The notes beneath the pieces were generated by a model. It saw nothing but the letters and a program-made list of their open reading frames with translations, searched no databases and was not told the origin of the DNA. Positions 26,214-36,400 of a DNA stretch of 62,854 nt are shown here, piece after piece. Every line of letters starts with the position of its first letter. Position 1 is the first letter of the stretch. The stretch lies in the IMG/VR virus record IMGVR_UViG_3300044634_002660, positions 1 to 62,854 of that record; one strand, given 5' to 3'. The DNA comes from a virus. Taxonomy: Duplodnaviria; Caudoviricetes. The translations under genes and the position numbers were made by a program.

Positions 26214-27250
26214 AAAATATTTCTGAAATCGATCCTTCTTTGTATGTCTCATACTTTCTCACAGAAGAGAGTGGAGATGTCATTCTTAAATTTAATACAT
26301 CAATTGGATTAGTTGATATTGATATAGACGATTACGATACATTTTCAACAGAAGTTGGAACCCTTATTGCTTTTAAAAAGTTTCATTCTGGCATCCATAA
26401 TTATGTGTATTTTGCTGGTTTGGATAAAAAATATTTTCAAAACCTAGCTTATGAATTTTTTCAAGAACATTTTGATAGACAAATAGATGAATTTTTTGTA
26501 GTTTACTCATTTCTAGACTCATCGGTAGTTCCAGCGAGAGATAATCAGTCACTCGCCTACAATTTTATTCCAGATAGTTTTGTAAGATGTGATTACGGAA
26601 TGCTCGGTGTTAAGCCATTTTATTTACTCCCAAACAGACTTTCAATAAAAAGAACGGCAAGTCTTATGGATATTGCAGGGGTCGGTCATCTTTTATGCAC
26701 ATTCACAGATAACACAGAAAACCCTAATAAAGACTCTCAAGGAGCAAACGCAAACGCAAGGACTCTTACCGGTGCTTTAAAAACCATTTATGAATGGTCT
26801 GAGGTATATAAGCCTCCATTTAGTAACCAAGAGCCAATTGCTAAGGCTGCATATGATTTTCTGAATGAGATTGGGATGCCAGAAGATGTTTTAGCCGATA
26901 TTATCAATTCACAGGGGGATATGAAGGTTGCCAGATACCTTAAAGGTGAAACTAGACAGGTGTATGACATAGACGAAAACACACAGACACCAGACTCTTT
27001 GAAAAAATTTATGAATAATAGATGCAAATATTCATATTTATCCAATATAAAGAGCAACCATCAAAATGGTTTTGCAATACCAGATTCTGTTATTGCAAAA
27101 GAAAAAGAAAGTTTTGCTTCAAAAATTTTTGATTTTTGCCTTATTCATGGTATAAACTTTAATAATAATGAAGAGGTAATGAACTATTTTTCACAAAATC
27201 CAAATCAAGAATTAGAAAAATTAATTGCTTTATATAATCAAATTAATTAA
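26201..27250 (+). CDS. Hypothetical protein
   Basis: 349-aa ORF between the oxygenase and the halogenase. Confidence 0.65.
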   Translation: MVYMKNISEIDPSLYVSYFLTEESGDVILKFNTSIGLVDIDIDDYDTFSTEVGTLIAFKKFHSGIHNYVYFAGLDKKYFQNLAYEFFQEHFDRQIDEFFVVYSFLDSSVVPARDNQSLAYNFIPDSFVRCDYGMLGVKPFYLLPNRLSIKRTASLMDIAGVGHLLCTFTDNTENPNKDSQGANANARTLTGALKTIYEWSEVYKPPFSNQEPIAKAAYDFLNEIGMPEDVLADIINSQGDMKVARYLKGETRQVYDIDENTQTPDSLKKFMNNRCKYSYLSNIKSNHQNGFAIPDSVIAKEKESFASKIFDFCLIHGINFNNNEEVMNYFSQNPNQELEKLIALYNQIN

Positions 27251-27271
27251 ACACATATTGGAGTGTATAGA

Positions 27272-28735
27272 ATGAATAAAATAACAATAGTTGGCAGTGG
27301 TACCGCTGGTTTAGTCGGTGCAATAATGTTACGCTCAGCTTTCCCCTTGATAGACATCACAGTGGTTTCGTCATCTCAAGTTGGAATTATTGGTGTCGGT
27401 GAGGGGTCAACAGAACATTGGAGAATGTTTATGGATGCATGCAACATCCCTCTTGGCGAACTTTTAAATGAAACACAAGCAACCCATAAAAACGGTATTA
27501 GATTTGAAAACTGGACAAAACACACCCCTGATTACTTCCACAGTGTAAGTGATGCAAGCACCATTGGTTATTACAATTTTTACGGCTTATACAATGGTCT
27601 TATTGAGAATAATAAAACATTGACTGAAAATATTGCATCAAGAGCAATGATAGAAAACAAAGTTCGTGCTGACAGACCCCATGAATCTGTGAACCAATAT
27701 CATTTTGATACTGCCCTTCTCAACAATTATTTAACAAAATTATGTCAAGAAAGAAATATTTTTTTCATTGATAGCAAAATCGTTAAAACAAATTTAAGTA
27801 TCGAAGATGGTAGTATTAAATCAGTTATACTGGAAAATCAGGAAATTCTTGAGGCGGATTTTTGGATTGATGCATCAGGGATGGCTCGTATTCTTATATC
27901 AGAGGTAAGTGATGCTAAGTGGAAGTCTTTCTCCAATCATCTTCAGATGAATTCGGCAATCCCTTTCCCTACCGAATCTGACCCCTCTGGAGAAATTAGA
28001 CCATACACAAGGGCTAGGGCTATTCAGAACGGATGGGTTTGGGAAATCCCAACTCAGCAAAGAAGAGGTAATGGTTATGTTTATTCCACAAACTTTTGCA
28101 CTGATGATCAAGCAATTGCTGAAGTGTCAGCGTTGCTTGGATTTGAGGTTCAACCAGTAAAGACTATTAAATTTGACCCCGGTCATCTCGAAAAGATGTG
28201 GGTAAAGAACTGCGCTGCAATCGGTCTATCTTCTGCTTTTGTTGAGCCAATTGAAGCATCCTCCATTGGAGGTACAATTCAACAAATGAGGTGTTTGGTG
28301 GAGAATTTGTCCTCGTACAAGATTGGCCACACTGCTGTTCAAAATGAATACAATAAGAAGATGAATATTATGATGCAAAATATTTTATCCATGATTTATC
28401 TTCATTACATGTCTGACAGAAGAGATACTGAAATGTGGATAAACCAAGCGAATACACCAGTTCCAGAATATTTGCAAAACTTACTAGATTTGTGGAGCGA
28501 AAGACCTCCGTTCCATAATGACATACCAACAAGTAATTATGAAATGTTCCATGTTCCGCATTTTTATCATGTAGCCCAAGGTCAAAAGGTTCTGTCTAGA
28601 GATGCCTCTTCGCTTGCTATAAGTAGATTTAACATCAGAGATGCTGTAAAAAACTCTATGTATTCTGCTAAAATAAGACAATCAGATCATGCAAAGGTGG
28701 ACCATGCGAAATCGCTCAAAGAAATACAATTATAA
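27272..28735 (+). CDS. Flavin-dependent (tryptophan halogenase-like) halogenase
   Basis: GSGTAG, IGVGEGS, catalytic Lys in ATHKNGIRF, HFD, WVWEIP (WxWxIP), RRGNGYVY, FVEPIEAS. Confidence 0.9.
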   Translation: MNKITIVGSGTAGLVGAIMLRSAFPLIDITVVSSSQVGIIGVGEGSTEHWRMFMDACNIPLGELLNETQATHKNGIRFENWTKHTPDYFHSVSDASTIGYYNFYGLYNGLIENNKTLTENIASRAMIENKVRADRPHESVNQYHFDTALLNNYLTKLCQERNIFFIDSKIVKTNLSIEDGSIKSVILENQEILEADFWIDASGMARILISEVSDAKWKSFSNHLQMNSAIPFPTESDPSGEIRPYTRARAIQNGWVWEIPTQQRRGNGYVYSTNFCTDDQAIAEVSALLGFEVQPVKTIKFDPGHLEKMWVKNCAAIGLSSAFVEPIEASSIGGTIQQMRCLVENLSSYKIGHTAVQNEYNKKMNIMMQNILSMIYLHYMSDRRDTEMWINQANTPVPEYLQNLLDLWSERPPFHNDIPTSNYEMFHVPHFYHVAQGQKVLSRDASSLAISRFNIRDAVKNSMYSAKIRQSDHAKVDHAKSLKEIQL

Positions 28736-29504
28736 GATTTCAATGTTTAAGGGAGACACCCCCAAGCCAAAAAGGAATGAAGTTGTAATTGTCCCTGATG
28801 ATAATCGTTTATTAGAAATCCCTCCTTACCTTGGGCAAGGGAACTTGCCTTCTTGGTGGAATTCTCTCCCTGTCAAAAGTATGTCTTTAAGAAGATGTAA
28901 TGGGACTTTTGATTATCTTCAATACGGTTTTATTATTCCCATGTGGACAGATGTGACTATTAGACCAGGTGCATCAGGTGTAAAATTTGAATATAAAATG
29001 AGTTCTTTTGGTGATAATTATTCTTTTCATGTAGAGGACTTTCAAGCTGAAAGCGCAAGTGGCTGTCCTGTTGGTGAAAATAGAGCATTGAAAAATTTTA
29101 ATTATCCAAAGCTTGTTTCTCCTTGGAGATTCTTTACACCAAAAGGTGTTTCCTTAATGTCTTTGCCCATTCTTCATGAGCCAAATCCGAACTATACGAT
29201 TATGCCTGGTATTGTCCACACTGATTTCTACCATCAAATTCATGTTGTTATATCTGTATTAACGGATAAAGAATTCACCATCCCCGCTGGGACACCTATT
29301 CAGCATATGGTTCCTATTAAAAGAAATGAAGGCATTGATAAGATTATTTTCGGTAATGAAAGTATGTATAAATTTCACATTGGGAATGGGATGGGTGAGG
29401 GTAGTCTTGTAGTGCCGGACAACAGCCAGACCTATAGAAAACTTAGAATGCAGAACGATGAAGAAGCAGAAAGGAAAAGAAGATGGAATTTTTTCAAAAA
29501 ATAA
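28689..29504 (+). CDS. Hypothetical protein of phage oxygenase islands
   Basis: LRRC..DY..GFIIPMW, KLVSPW..TPKG, PGIVHTD, IPAGTPI..VPIKR resemble a family found beside phage 2OG oxygenases. Confidence 0.6.
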   Translation: MQRWTMRNRSKKYNYKISMFKGDTPKPKRNEVVIVPDDNRLLEIPPYLGQGNLPSWWNSLPVKSMSLRRCNGTFDYLQYGFIIPMWTDVTIRPGASGVKFEYKMSSFGDNYSFHVEDFQAESASGCPVGENRALKNFNYPKLVSPWRFFTPKGVSLMSLPILHEPNPNYTIMPGIVHTDFYHQIHVVISVLTDKEFTIPAGTPIQHMVPIKRNEGIDKIIFGNESMYKFHIGNGMGEGSLVVPDNSQTYRKLRMQNDEEAERKRRWNFFKK

Positions 29505-29773
29505 TTAATGCTGTCAAGACCATGAGTAATCGCTCATACTGGACAAGTGTTAACACAGTAGAGGCTTGGGGCTTTGCTACCAAGATTGCAATTATCTTTC
29601 CGGGTCTTCTTCTCGGCAAGCAATTTTGGTGGTTATATATTTTCGCCATCATTTCCAGCGTTGCTCTTATTTGGACTTCAACACACAAGACCCTTCCAAC
29701 AATCATCCTTTTCAATGTCGCTTGGGTGGTTTTGGCAAGTTTATCGATATTAAAACATTTTTGGTGGTTTTGA
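29483..29773 (+). CDS. Small membrane protein
   Basis: Three hydrophobic helices. Confidence 0.6.
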   Translation: MEFFQKIINAVKTMSNRSYWTSVNTVEAWGFATKIAIIFPGLLLGKQFWWLYIFAIISSVALIWTSTHKTLPTIILFNVAWVVLASLSILKHFWWF

Positions 29774-29814
29774 GATTTACCAACTAAAACCGTATGCTGT
29801 ATAATTAAAGCATA

Positions 29815-30741
29815 ATGGATGAAGTAAAGATCAATACATCTAAAACCCTCACACTAACCCTGCCAAGTGACCCAACATCAAATCTAGTGTCAGTATCTCT
29901 GTACCATGAGTTCGGTGATTTGGTGTCAGGACCGACCAGCGCAACCAGAACGGGCGCAGGTGTTTATACAATCACCTATGGGCAACAATCTTCGGGTATC
30001 TATATTTTAAATTCAAGTGGCAAGTATCGTGCTGATTTCACATATACGGTTTCTGGCACATCTTATACGCAATCTCAAATATTTAGCGTTTACGCCCCCT
30101 ATGTGACATATGAGGAATTCTTTGAGGAGTATCCAGAACTTGAGGAAACTTTTGGTTCCAAGTTTGATAAATCCGAGAGGCAAGTCCGTAATATTGTTAA
30201 CACATTTACCGGCCAATCTTTTGACCCTTACTACAATAAGACAATTTTTATGCATGGATCAAATTCGGAAAATCTCCACTTACCTCTCCCATTGTTTAAT
30301 CTTAAAAAAGTTGTTACTGATGTCGGAACGACAATGGAAGAAGTCATTCATGATGTTGATAACAATATTACAAATATTGAAAAAGTTAGATCTCAACCAT
30401 TTAATTTTGAATCGACGTATTTCCTTCGCTGGAAGAAGTCGCTTCTTGACACAATCAATGTAATGCTTTACACAAATAAATTTAAACCTAAAACAACATA
30501 CACTGTGCTTGGCGATTATGGCTGGCAGTATGTACCAGAGAATGTCAAACAAGCCTCTATTTTAATTATTGCAGATATGTTGAATGATGACTCTACATAC
30601 AGAAGACATGGCTTTTATGCGGTTGATCTTGACATTGTTAAACTTCAAACAAAACAATCCTTTTATGAATCAACAGGAAATATTGATGCAGACACTCTTC
30701 TTATGGACTACACATTATTTATCATGGACTATGTTGGATAA
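29815..30741 (+). CDS. Head-tail adaptor protein
   Basis: VNTFTGQSF, GDYGWQYVPENVKQA, STGNIDADTLL; start of the neck operon. Confidence 0.7.
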   Translation: MDEVKINTSKTLTLTLPSDPTSNLVSVSLYHEFGDLVSGPTSATRTGAGVYTITYGQQSSGIYILNSSGKYRADFTYTVSGTSYTQSQIFSVYAPYVTYEEFFEEYPELEETFGSKFDKSERQVRNIVNTFTGQSFDPYYNKTIFMHGSNSENLHLPLPLFNLKKVVTDVGTTMEEVIHDVDNNITNIEKVRSQPFNFESTYFLRWKKSLLDTINVMLYTNKFKPKTTYTVLGDYGWQYVPENVKQASILIIADMLNDDSTYRRHGFYAVDLDIVKLQTKQSFYESTGNIDADTLLMDYTLFIMDYVG

Positions 30742-31133
30742 TGGCTTCAGTAGGCTATTTGAGATATCCTCACACAGTTGAGGTTCATGAGAAGACTACT
30801 GCCGAGAATGCAGCTGGTCAAAAGTATTATACCTTCACATTAGATAAGAAAATACCCGCAATTGTTAACTCTCCAGAAGATCAATATTCTGCTGGCACGA
30901 AGATAAGGGTTGCTCCGTATCAAGAGTTTATCCCTGTTTTGCAAATGATTGTTCCCGGTGAATATGCAAGCACTGTTGTGAGTTCTTCAAGAATTTTAAA
31001 TATAAAAGATAGATATGGCAATGTTCTTGAAACTGGTCCATATGAGATTATAACCATTCAAGCAAAGTATGGATGGAACGGTAAAAAACACCATCTTCTA
31101 GCAAGTCTAAGATTAGTTGTGGAGCAGGCATGA
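30741..31133 (+). CDS. Head closure/stopper protein
   Basis: Position, size and the ENAAGQ/HH pattern. Confidence 0.55.
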   Translation: MASVGYLRYPHTVEVHEKTTAENAAGQKYYTFTLDKKIPAIVNSPEDQYSAGTKIRVAPYQEFIPVLQMIVPGEYASTVVSSSRILNIKDRYGNVLETGPYEIITIQAKYGWNGKKHHLLASLRLVVEQA

Positions 31134-31465
31134 TTGGTTTAAAAATTAATCATAATCTTAGTTCAGTTGTTGACTACATCAACAGTATGGAAAATAACAT
31201 TCAAATGACTGTTTCTAATTCTGTACAAGAAGCAAGGGGTATTCTCGCACAAGAACTTCCGGCATTATTCGGTGGAGGAAATGACGACATTGTAATAGAT
31301 TTTCAATATCATCATGGCTCATACACATTGATAGTTGAAGGTATAAACCAATATCAAGCGTATCATCAAACAGGAATGGATATCGATAGTCTTGTAACAT
31401 ACATGGAAAATAGAATTGTTGACATTGTGCAAGACGGGTTGAATAGGAGCGGTTATGGCAATTAG
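31130..31465 (+). CDS. Neck protein (putative)
   Basis: Position in the neck operon. Confidence 0.45.
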   Translation: MIGLKINHNLSSVVDYINSMENNIQMTVSNSVQEARGILAQELPALFGGGNDDIVIDFQYHHGSYTLIVEGINQYQAYHQTGMDIDSLVTYMENRIVDIVQDGLNRSGYGN

Positions 31466-31871
31466 TGTTTATGATGTAAATACATATTTAAAAAATGATA
31501 CACAGATCCAAACTATTGCTGGAAAGACCATGAGTTTCTTTCCAGTTGTTTCAACAGACGGGGAGCCTGCTCCTTTTGTTGTTTACTTTTATAATCCAAT
31601 GGTTTCAAATGTTGAGACATATTGGGAAAGATATGACTACATTAAATATTCAATTTTTGACACAGATGTTGATAGGCTTTTTAAGATTTCTGAGAGATTT
31701 ATTGACCTGCTCAGTATTGGAGATGGTGTTGCTAAACAGAATGGGATAACCAGCACTACAGTGAGAATCCTATCATCACAACAAACTGGGTCTAGCCTAT
31801 TAGCCCCTTTGGAAATAAATGGCTGGTATAGGATGAATTTAGACTTCAGAATCTGTGTTGTGGTAAAATAA
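31455..31871 (+). CDS. Tail terminator protein (putative)
   Basis: PAPFVVY motif, size and position before the major tail gene. Confidence 0.6.
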   Translation: MAISVYDVNTYLKNDTQIQTIAGKTMSFFPVVSTDGEPAPFVVYFYNPMVSNVETYWERYDYIKYSIFDTDVDRLFKISERFIDLLSIGDGVAKQNGITSTTVRILSSQQTGSSLLAPLEINGWYRMNLDFRICVVVK

Positions 31872-31890
31872 CTGTGGTAGTATAGTAAAT

Positions 31891-32085
31891 ATGAAATATA
31901 CTACAATTACATATGTGGGGAAAACTCCCGGCTATGTGGTGAGAATATCAAATAGAACTTATGACTTTGAGTGGAATAAGGGTCTTGGAATCGGAAGAAG
32001 ACAAGATGAAATTCACCCAGACCATATGAAAAAGATCGCTAAATGGCGTGACAAAAGAGGAAAAAGGATTTTTATCCTCGAATAA
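31891..32085 (+). CDS. Hypothetical protein
   Basis: 64-aa ORF with a leaderless promoter TGGTAGTAT-7 nt-ATG. Confidence 0.6.
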   Translation: MKYTTITYVGKTPGYVVRISNRTYDFEWNKGLGIGRRQDEIHPDHMKKIAKWRDKRGKRIFILE

Positions 32086-32102
32086 TTTAGGAGGAAAACT
32101 AA

Positions 32103-32681
32103 ATGGCAGTTAATGTCTCAAATATCGTAGTCGGTGAGGCTACAATCAAGCTTGGCGATTCCGCCAACGCAACAACAATTTCCGCAATGGATGGCTTTGC
32201 TGATCTTGGCGCTACACAAAATGGCGTTGAAATCTCATGGGAGCCAGACATGGTTGATATTGAAATCGACCAGTATGGCGATGCAGCAAGAATCGTTCAG
32301 TCGAAGGTGAAGGTTATGGTTAAGACAACTATGGCTGAAGCAACATTGAACAACCTTGCAATTGCATGGAACTATGACCAGAATACTGGTGGTTCTTCAA
32401 TCATTGCAAACAATGACGGTGCAAGCACCACAACCTTTAAGTTCGGCGCACAGTCTGTGTTCCCATACGAAAAGGGTCTTGTTGTTCAAGGTACCGCTCC
32501 TGGCTCAGCAGCTGGTTCAATTAAGACAAGAAAGTTCTACACCAAGAGAGCAATCTCGATGGAGGCATCAAATGTCACCATGAAGAGAGCAGAGGCATCG
32601 GTGTTCGCCGTTGGTTTCCGCATTCTTCCAAAGACAGAAGACACTGGTTACGAGTACGGCAAGATCATCGATCAGGCATAA
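32103..32681 (+). CDS. Major tail (tube) protein
   Basis: NIVVGEA, DLGATQNGV, DQ, TTMAEATLNNL, YGKIID; AGGAGG RBS. Confidence 0.85.
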   Translation: MAVNVSNIVVGEATIKLGDSANATTISAMDGFADLGATQNGVEISWEPDMVDIEIDQYGDAARIVQSKVKVMVKTTMAEATLNNLAIAWNYDQNTGGSSIIANNDGASTTTFKFGAQSVFPYEKGLVVQGTAPGSAAGSIKTRKFYTKRAISMEASNVTMKRAEASVFAVGFRILPKTEDTGYEYGKIIDQA

Positions 32682-32705
32682 TTCTTAAAACTTAATTATC
32701 TCGGT

Positions 32706-32749
32706 AAAATCCCTGGGCTTATGTGATAAACTTAAAGCCTAGGGATTTT
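32706..32749 (+). terminator. Stem-loop after the major tail gene, with a -10-like loop
   Basis: AAAATCCCTGGGCTT / AAGCCTAGGGATTTT stem; the loop contains TGATAAACT. Confidence 0.6.
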
Positions 32750-32786
32750 GCTTATCCCCGATTAGATACTAAGGAGTATATAAAAA

Positions 32787-33092
32787 ATGGCAACTGATAA
32801 AAACAAAGATCTTTTCTTGGGAACAGAGATTATTTTCGCTGATGGAAAGAAGAGAACGATTAGACCTTTGACAATTCGTAACTTAAGAAAGTTTATGAAG
32901 ATTGTAAAGGATCTTAAGACTGAGGATAATCTCAATGATGACGACATCGATGTGATGGTTGAAGCAGCTTCAATTGCACTTCTCGCTGTTGATCCAGAGT
33001 TAGCAGAAGATAAAGATAAGTTGGAAGACGCTCTTGACCTTCGTTGTTTCGGTGAGCTTATGGCCGCCGCAATGGGTTCAGACCCTTCCTAA
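32787..33092 (+). CDS. Tail assembly chaperone (G-like)
   Basis: Lies between the major tail and tape measure genes; IRPLTIRNLRKFM; ends GAC CCT TCC TAA. Confidence 0.8.
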   Translation: MATDKNKDLFLGTEIIFADGKKRTIRPLTIRNLRKFMKIVKDLKTEDNLNDDDIDVMVEAASIALLAVDPELAEDKDKLEDALDLRCFGELMAAAMGSDPS

Positions 33093-33406
33093 CAGATGAG
33101 GGTGGAACTGGTGAGCCTCTCGCTTGGGAGGACATTCCACTTCTCAAATACGAATCTGAGATATTCGTAAAAACCGGTGCTTGGAAAAACATTTTTGAAC
33201 TGGAGTCTAGTCTCACCCTAGACGAAATGTTCTTGTTGTATAGAGCCTGTGCTAATGATACAAATATGACAATGAAAGTTATGGCTGCTTCACAGGGCGC
33301 AGATATTGATTTCAATGATGACTGGTATGATCCAGCTCCACCAGAAGTTCTTAGTCAGAATGACTTGAGGGGCATACCAATCGGATTGATGATTGAAGAA
33401 ATATAG
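33086..33406 (+). CDS. Tail assembly chaperone frameshift extension (T-like, -1 frame)
   Basis: Not in track. 106 open codons in the -1 frame: FLTDEGGTGEPLAWEDIPLLKYESEIFVKTGAWKNIFELESSLTLDEMF...IGLMIEEI, with no start codon of its own at the 5' end. Confidence 0.75.
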   Translation, partial: FLTDEGGTGEPLAWEDIPLLKYESEIFVKTGAWKNIFELESSLTLDEMFLLYRACANDTNMTMKVMAASQGADIDFNDDWYDPAPPEVLSQNDLRGIPIGLMIEEI

Positions 33407-33452
33407 TATTGCTTTATTTACAAGCGTATGAAATAATGTTAAAGAGATAATT

Positions 33453-36400
33453 ATGGCTGAAAGAAATGGTAGAGTAGAGATAACTGCTGAGATTGATCAA
33501 CGACTTCAATCTGCCCTATCTCAAATGTCTTCTAGTCTTCGCAGTACTATTGAAGTAACAAACGCTGTAAATAGATCAACAGACTTGACAAAATCGACAA
33601 TGCGCGGTTTGAGTCAGGCTCTTTCCGTAACAAGCGGCTCTACTAATGAATATAATAGATCTGTAACTGAAGCTGTTAAGAATCAAGCAATCTTAGCAAG
33701 TCACTTTGGCAAAACAAAAGAAGCCATAGCCAGCCTTAATAAAATCATGGCCAACAGCCGGGGGACTAATGTAACTTCTCAGGATATTGCTGTTCAAAGA
33801 GCTTTCATTAATCAGTTGCAGTCTCAACTGGGTATTCAAAAAGAATTACAGAAGTATTCAAATACTCAATCTTTAATGGCACAAAGCAATGCCTTAAACT
33901 CTTTGGCTACAAAGTACTCTTATGCTGGAAACCGCTTGTCAATGGGGTTGACACTTCCCTTAGTCGGTTTCTTTAGAACAGCATTCTCCAACTATAGAAG
34001 ACTAGAAATAGAAACTGTTCGCACAACAAAACTTCTGGGTGACTCTTATACCGATGCTGGCGCTCAGGTAAAAACTCTTGGAAAAGAACTTGATGCTATA
34101 TCTCTCAAGTATGGTGTTGCTAGAGATCTTGTTCAGGGGCTTGCTGGCGACTATGCTGAATTGGGAATTACAGATATCAAGGCTCTTTCTGGATTAACAG
34201 ATTTAACAGCAGCAACTGAAAAACTTGGTAATGTTGATATCACTGAGGCTTCAAACTTCATCAAGTCTATTTATCAAACAGTTAATCGTGTTAAAAGAGA
34301 TGAGGCTGCAAGGGCTGGTCGTGCAATTAGCTTCAAAGATCCAGCAGAGGAGGCTCTCTTCTATGCTGATTCTATTGCTCAAGTTCGTGGTCAGTTGGCG
34401 ATGTTCAACCTTTTGGAAAACAAAACCTCTTTGGCACTTCAAGACATTGCGAAAGCATTCCCTGAATTAACAGCAGCATCAACCTCTTTTGGTCTTTCAA
34501 TGACTGAAGCATCAGCTCTTATTATTCCGATGGTTGCTTCTGGTTTCCAAGTAGGTGCTTCAGCAAACTCTGTGAAAGTTTCTTTGCAGAGATTAGTTGC
34601 TATGACAAAGAAGAACCAAGAAGCAATTAAAGAACTCAAATTAACTCAAGCAGATTTCAACTTTGAGGCTGGAGTTGGCATTGAAACAATTCAAAAACTA
34701 TCTGATGGTTATGAAAGTTTGAAAAGGACAAGAGGTGATGAAGGAGCGTTGAGATTCTTCTCCGATCTTTTCGGTGTTCGTCAGGGTCCAAGAATGGAAG
34801 TCGCCCTCCAGAACCTGAGTCAGTTCCAAAGTCAAATCAGCAAAGCTGGAACTATTGAAGATCAGTTAACAACGCAATTAGAAAACTATGTAAGACAAAG
34901 AGCCGGACAAGCTGGCTTGGGTGAAAAATATAGCAAAATGGAATTGACAAAATATTCTGACTTGTCAAAAGTTATTCGTCTTTCTCAGAATGCGGATAAA
35001 GAAGTTGCTTCTGCATTCACATCAGCAAGAGCAGACTTTGGTAATTATCTTGTTTCAGAAAGCAAGAGAGGACAAGACCTTCTCGGCAAGGTGACAACAG
35101 AAACTGGTAGAGCATTATTTGCTGCTGCTTCAGGTGGTGGCAAAGGTTCTCAAGCAGAGGCTACATTTAACTTAGAACTTGAGAAAGCCTTGGATACGGC
35201 TGACAGAAGATACAAAACATCAAGAGAATCCATCAAAGCGCTTGGTCGTGAAATGGTTCCTGTATTTGACTCAATCTTAAAAGTGGTTGTTCCATTATTA
35301 GAAAAATTTGCAAAATTTGTTGGAGGTATTCCATCTGGCTTTAAAGCATTCTTGACAATTGGCGGTCTAGTTCTAGCAATGCTTGGACCAATAATGAAGA
35401 TTCGTGGTGCATTTGCACAACTTCATTCAAGCGTTCTCTCTTTCAAAGCATCAGGGGGGATATTTAAAAATCTTAAATCATCAATTCATCCAATCTCTGC
35501 AGAACTTCTTGCGTCTTCTGATGCATTTTTGAGATTTAAAAATAAATTAACTCAGGTTGGAAATCAATTCTTTTTCAAGGGAACAATTAAAGAGTTAAAG
35601 CAAATGGAGAAATTGATTGCTGCTCAATCTTCAGGTAGAACAAGAGTATCAGATCGTCTTGAGAAAAAGTTGAAATTAAAAGAAACAGCAGATTATTCAG
35701 GTTTATATGAAGAAACATCAAACCAACTTAAAAATGTATTTGATGAATCTCTTGATGGATACTTAAAACCATATAGCGGAATTAAGCCAGATATTACTGG
35801 AACAATTATTGATGGTAGAGTCGTTGGCTTAGAAATGGGTAATGCTTTTGTTTCTGTTTTAACAAGTTTAGGTTTTGATCCTAGAGCCTTTACAAGAGTA
35901 GCGTCTACTGCTGGATCAGCAACGACTACAACTACTCCTGCTGGAGATGTTGTTGTTGTTCCACCAAACATAAAGAGAACGGGTAGCAGGACACCTCCTC
36001 CCGATGATGACGGTCCAGATGGACCTCCATCTGGTGGTAGTCCAGCAGGTGGTAGTCCAACAGGGGGCGCTCCAGCAGGTGGTGGTGCTGCACAAAGAGG
36101 GCCGAGAGTTCGTAATGCAATGTCTGGTCTTGAACAGGTTTGGGGCGCATTGCAGGGAACAATGGATTTTGTTAATAGTGCAACAAAGTCTCAACTTCAA
36201 GATTTTGCTAAATCATTAAATATTACAAAAGTTTCCGGATTTACTGTAAAGAGTCCTAAGTTGAAAGTTGCACAACTTAGAAGAGCAATCATTGAAGCCA
36301 TATCTGCTCCTAGTCAGGTTATTGCTAAGGCTGCTGAGGAAATTCAAACTACTGTTGAGCAAGTTAAAGAGACTGTTAACAACAACGCACCTCCAGCAAA

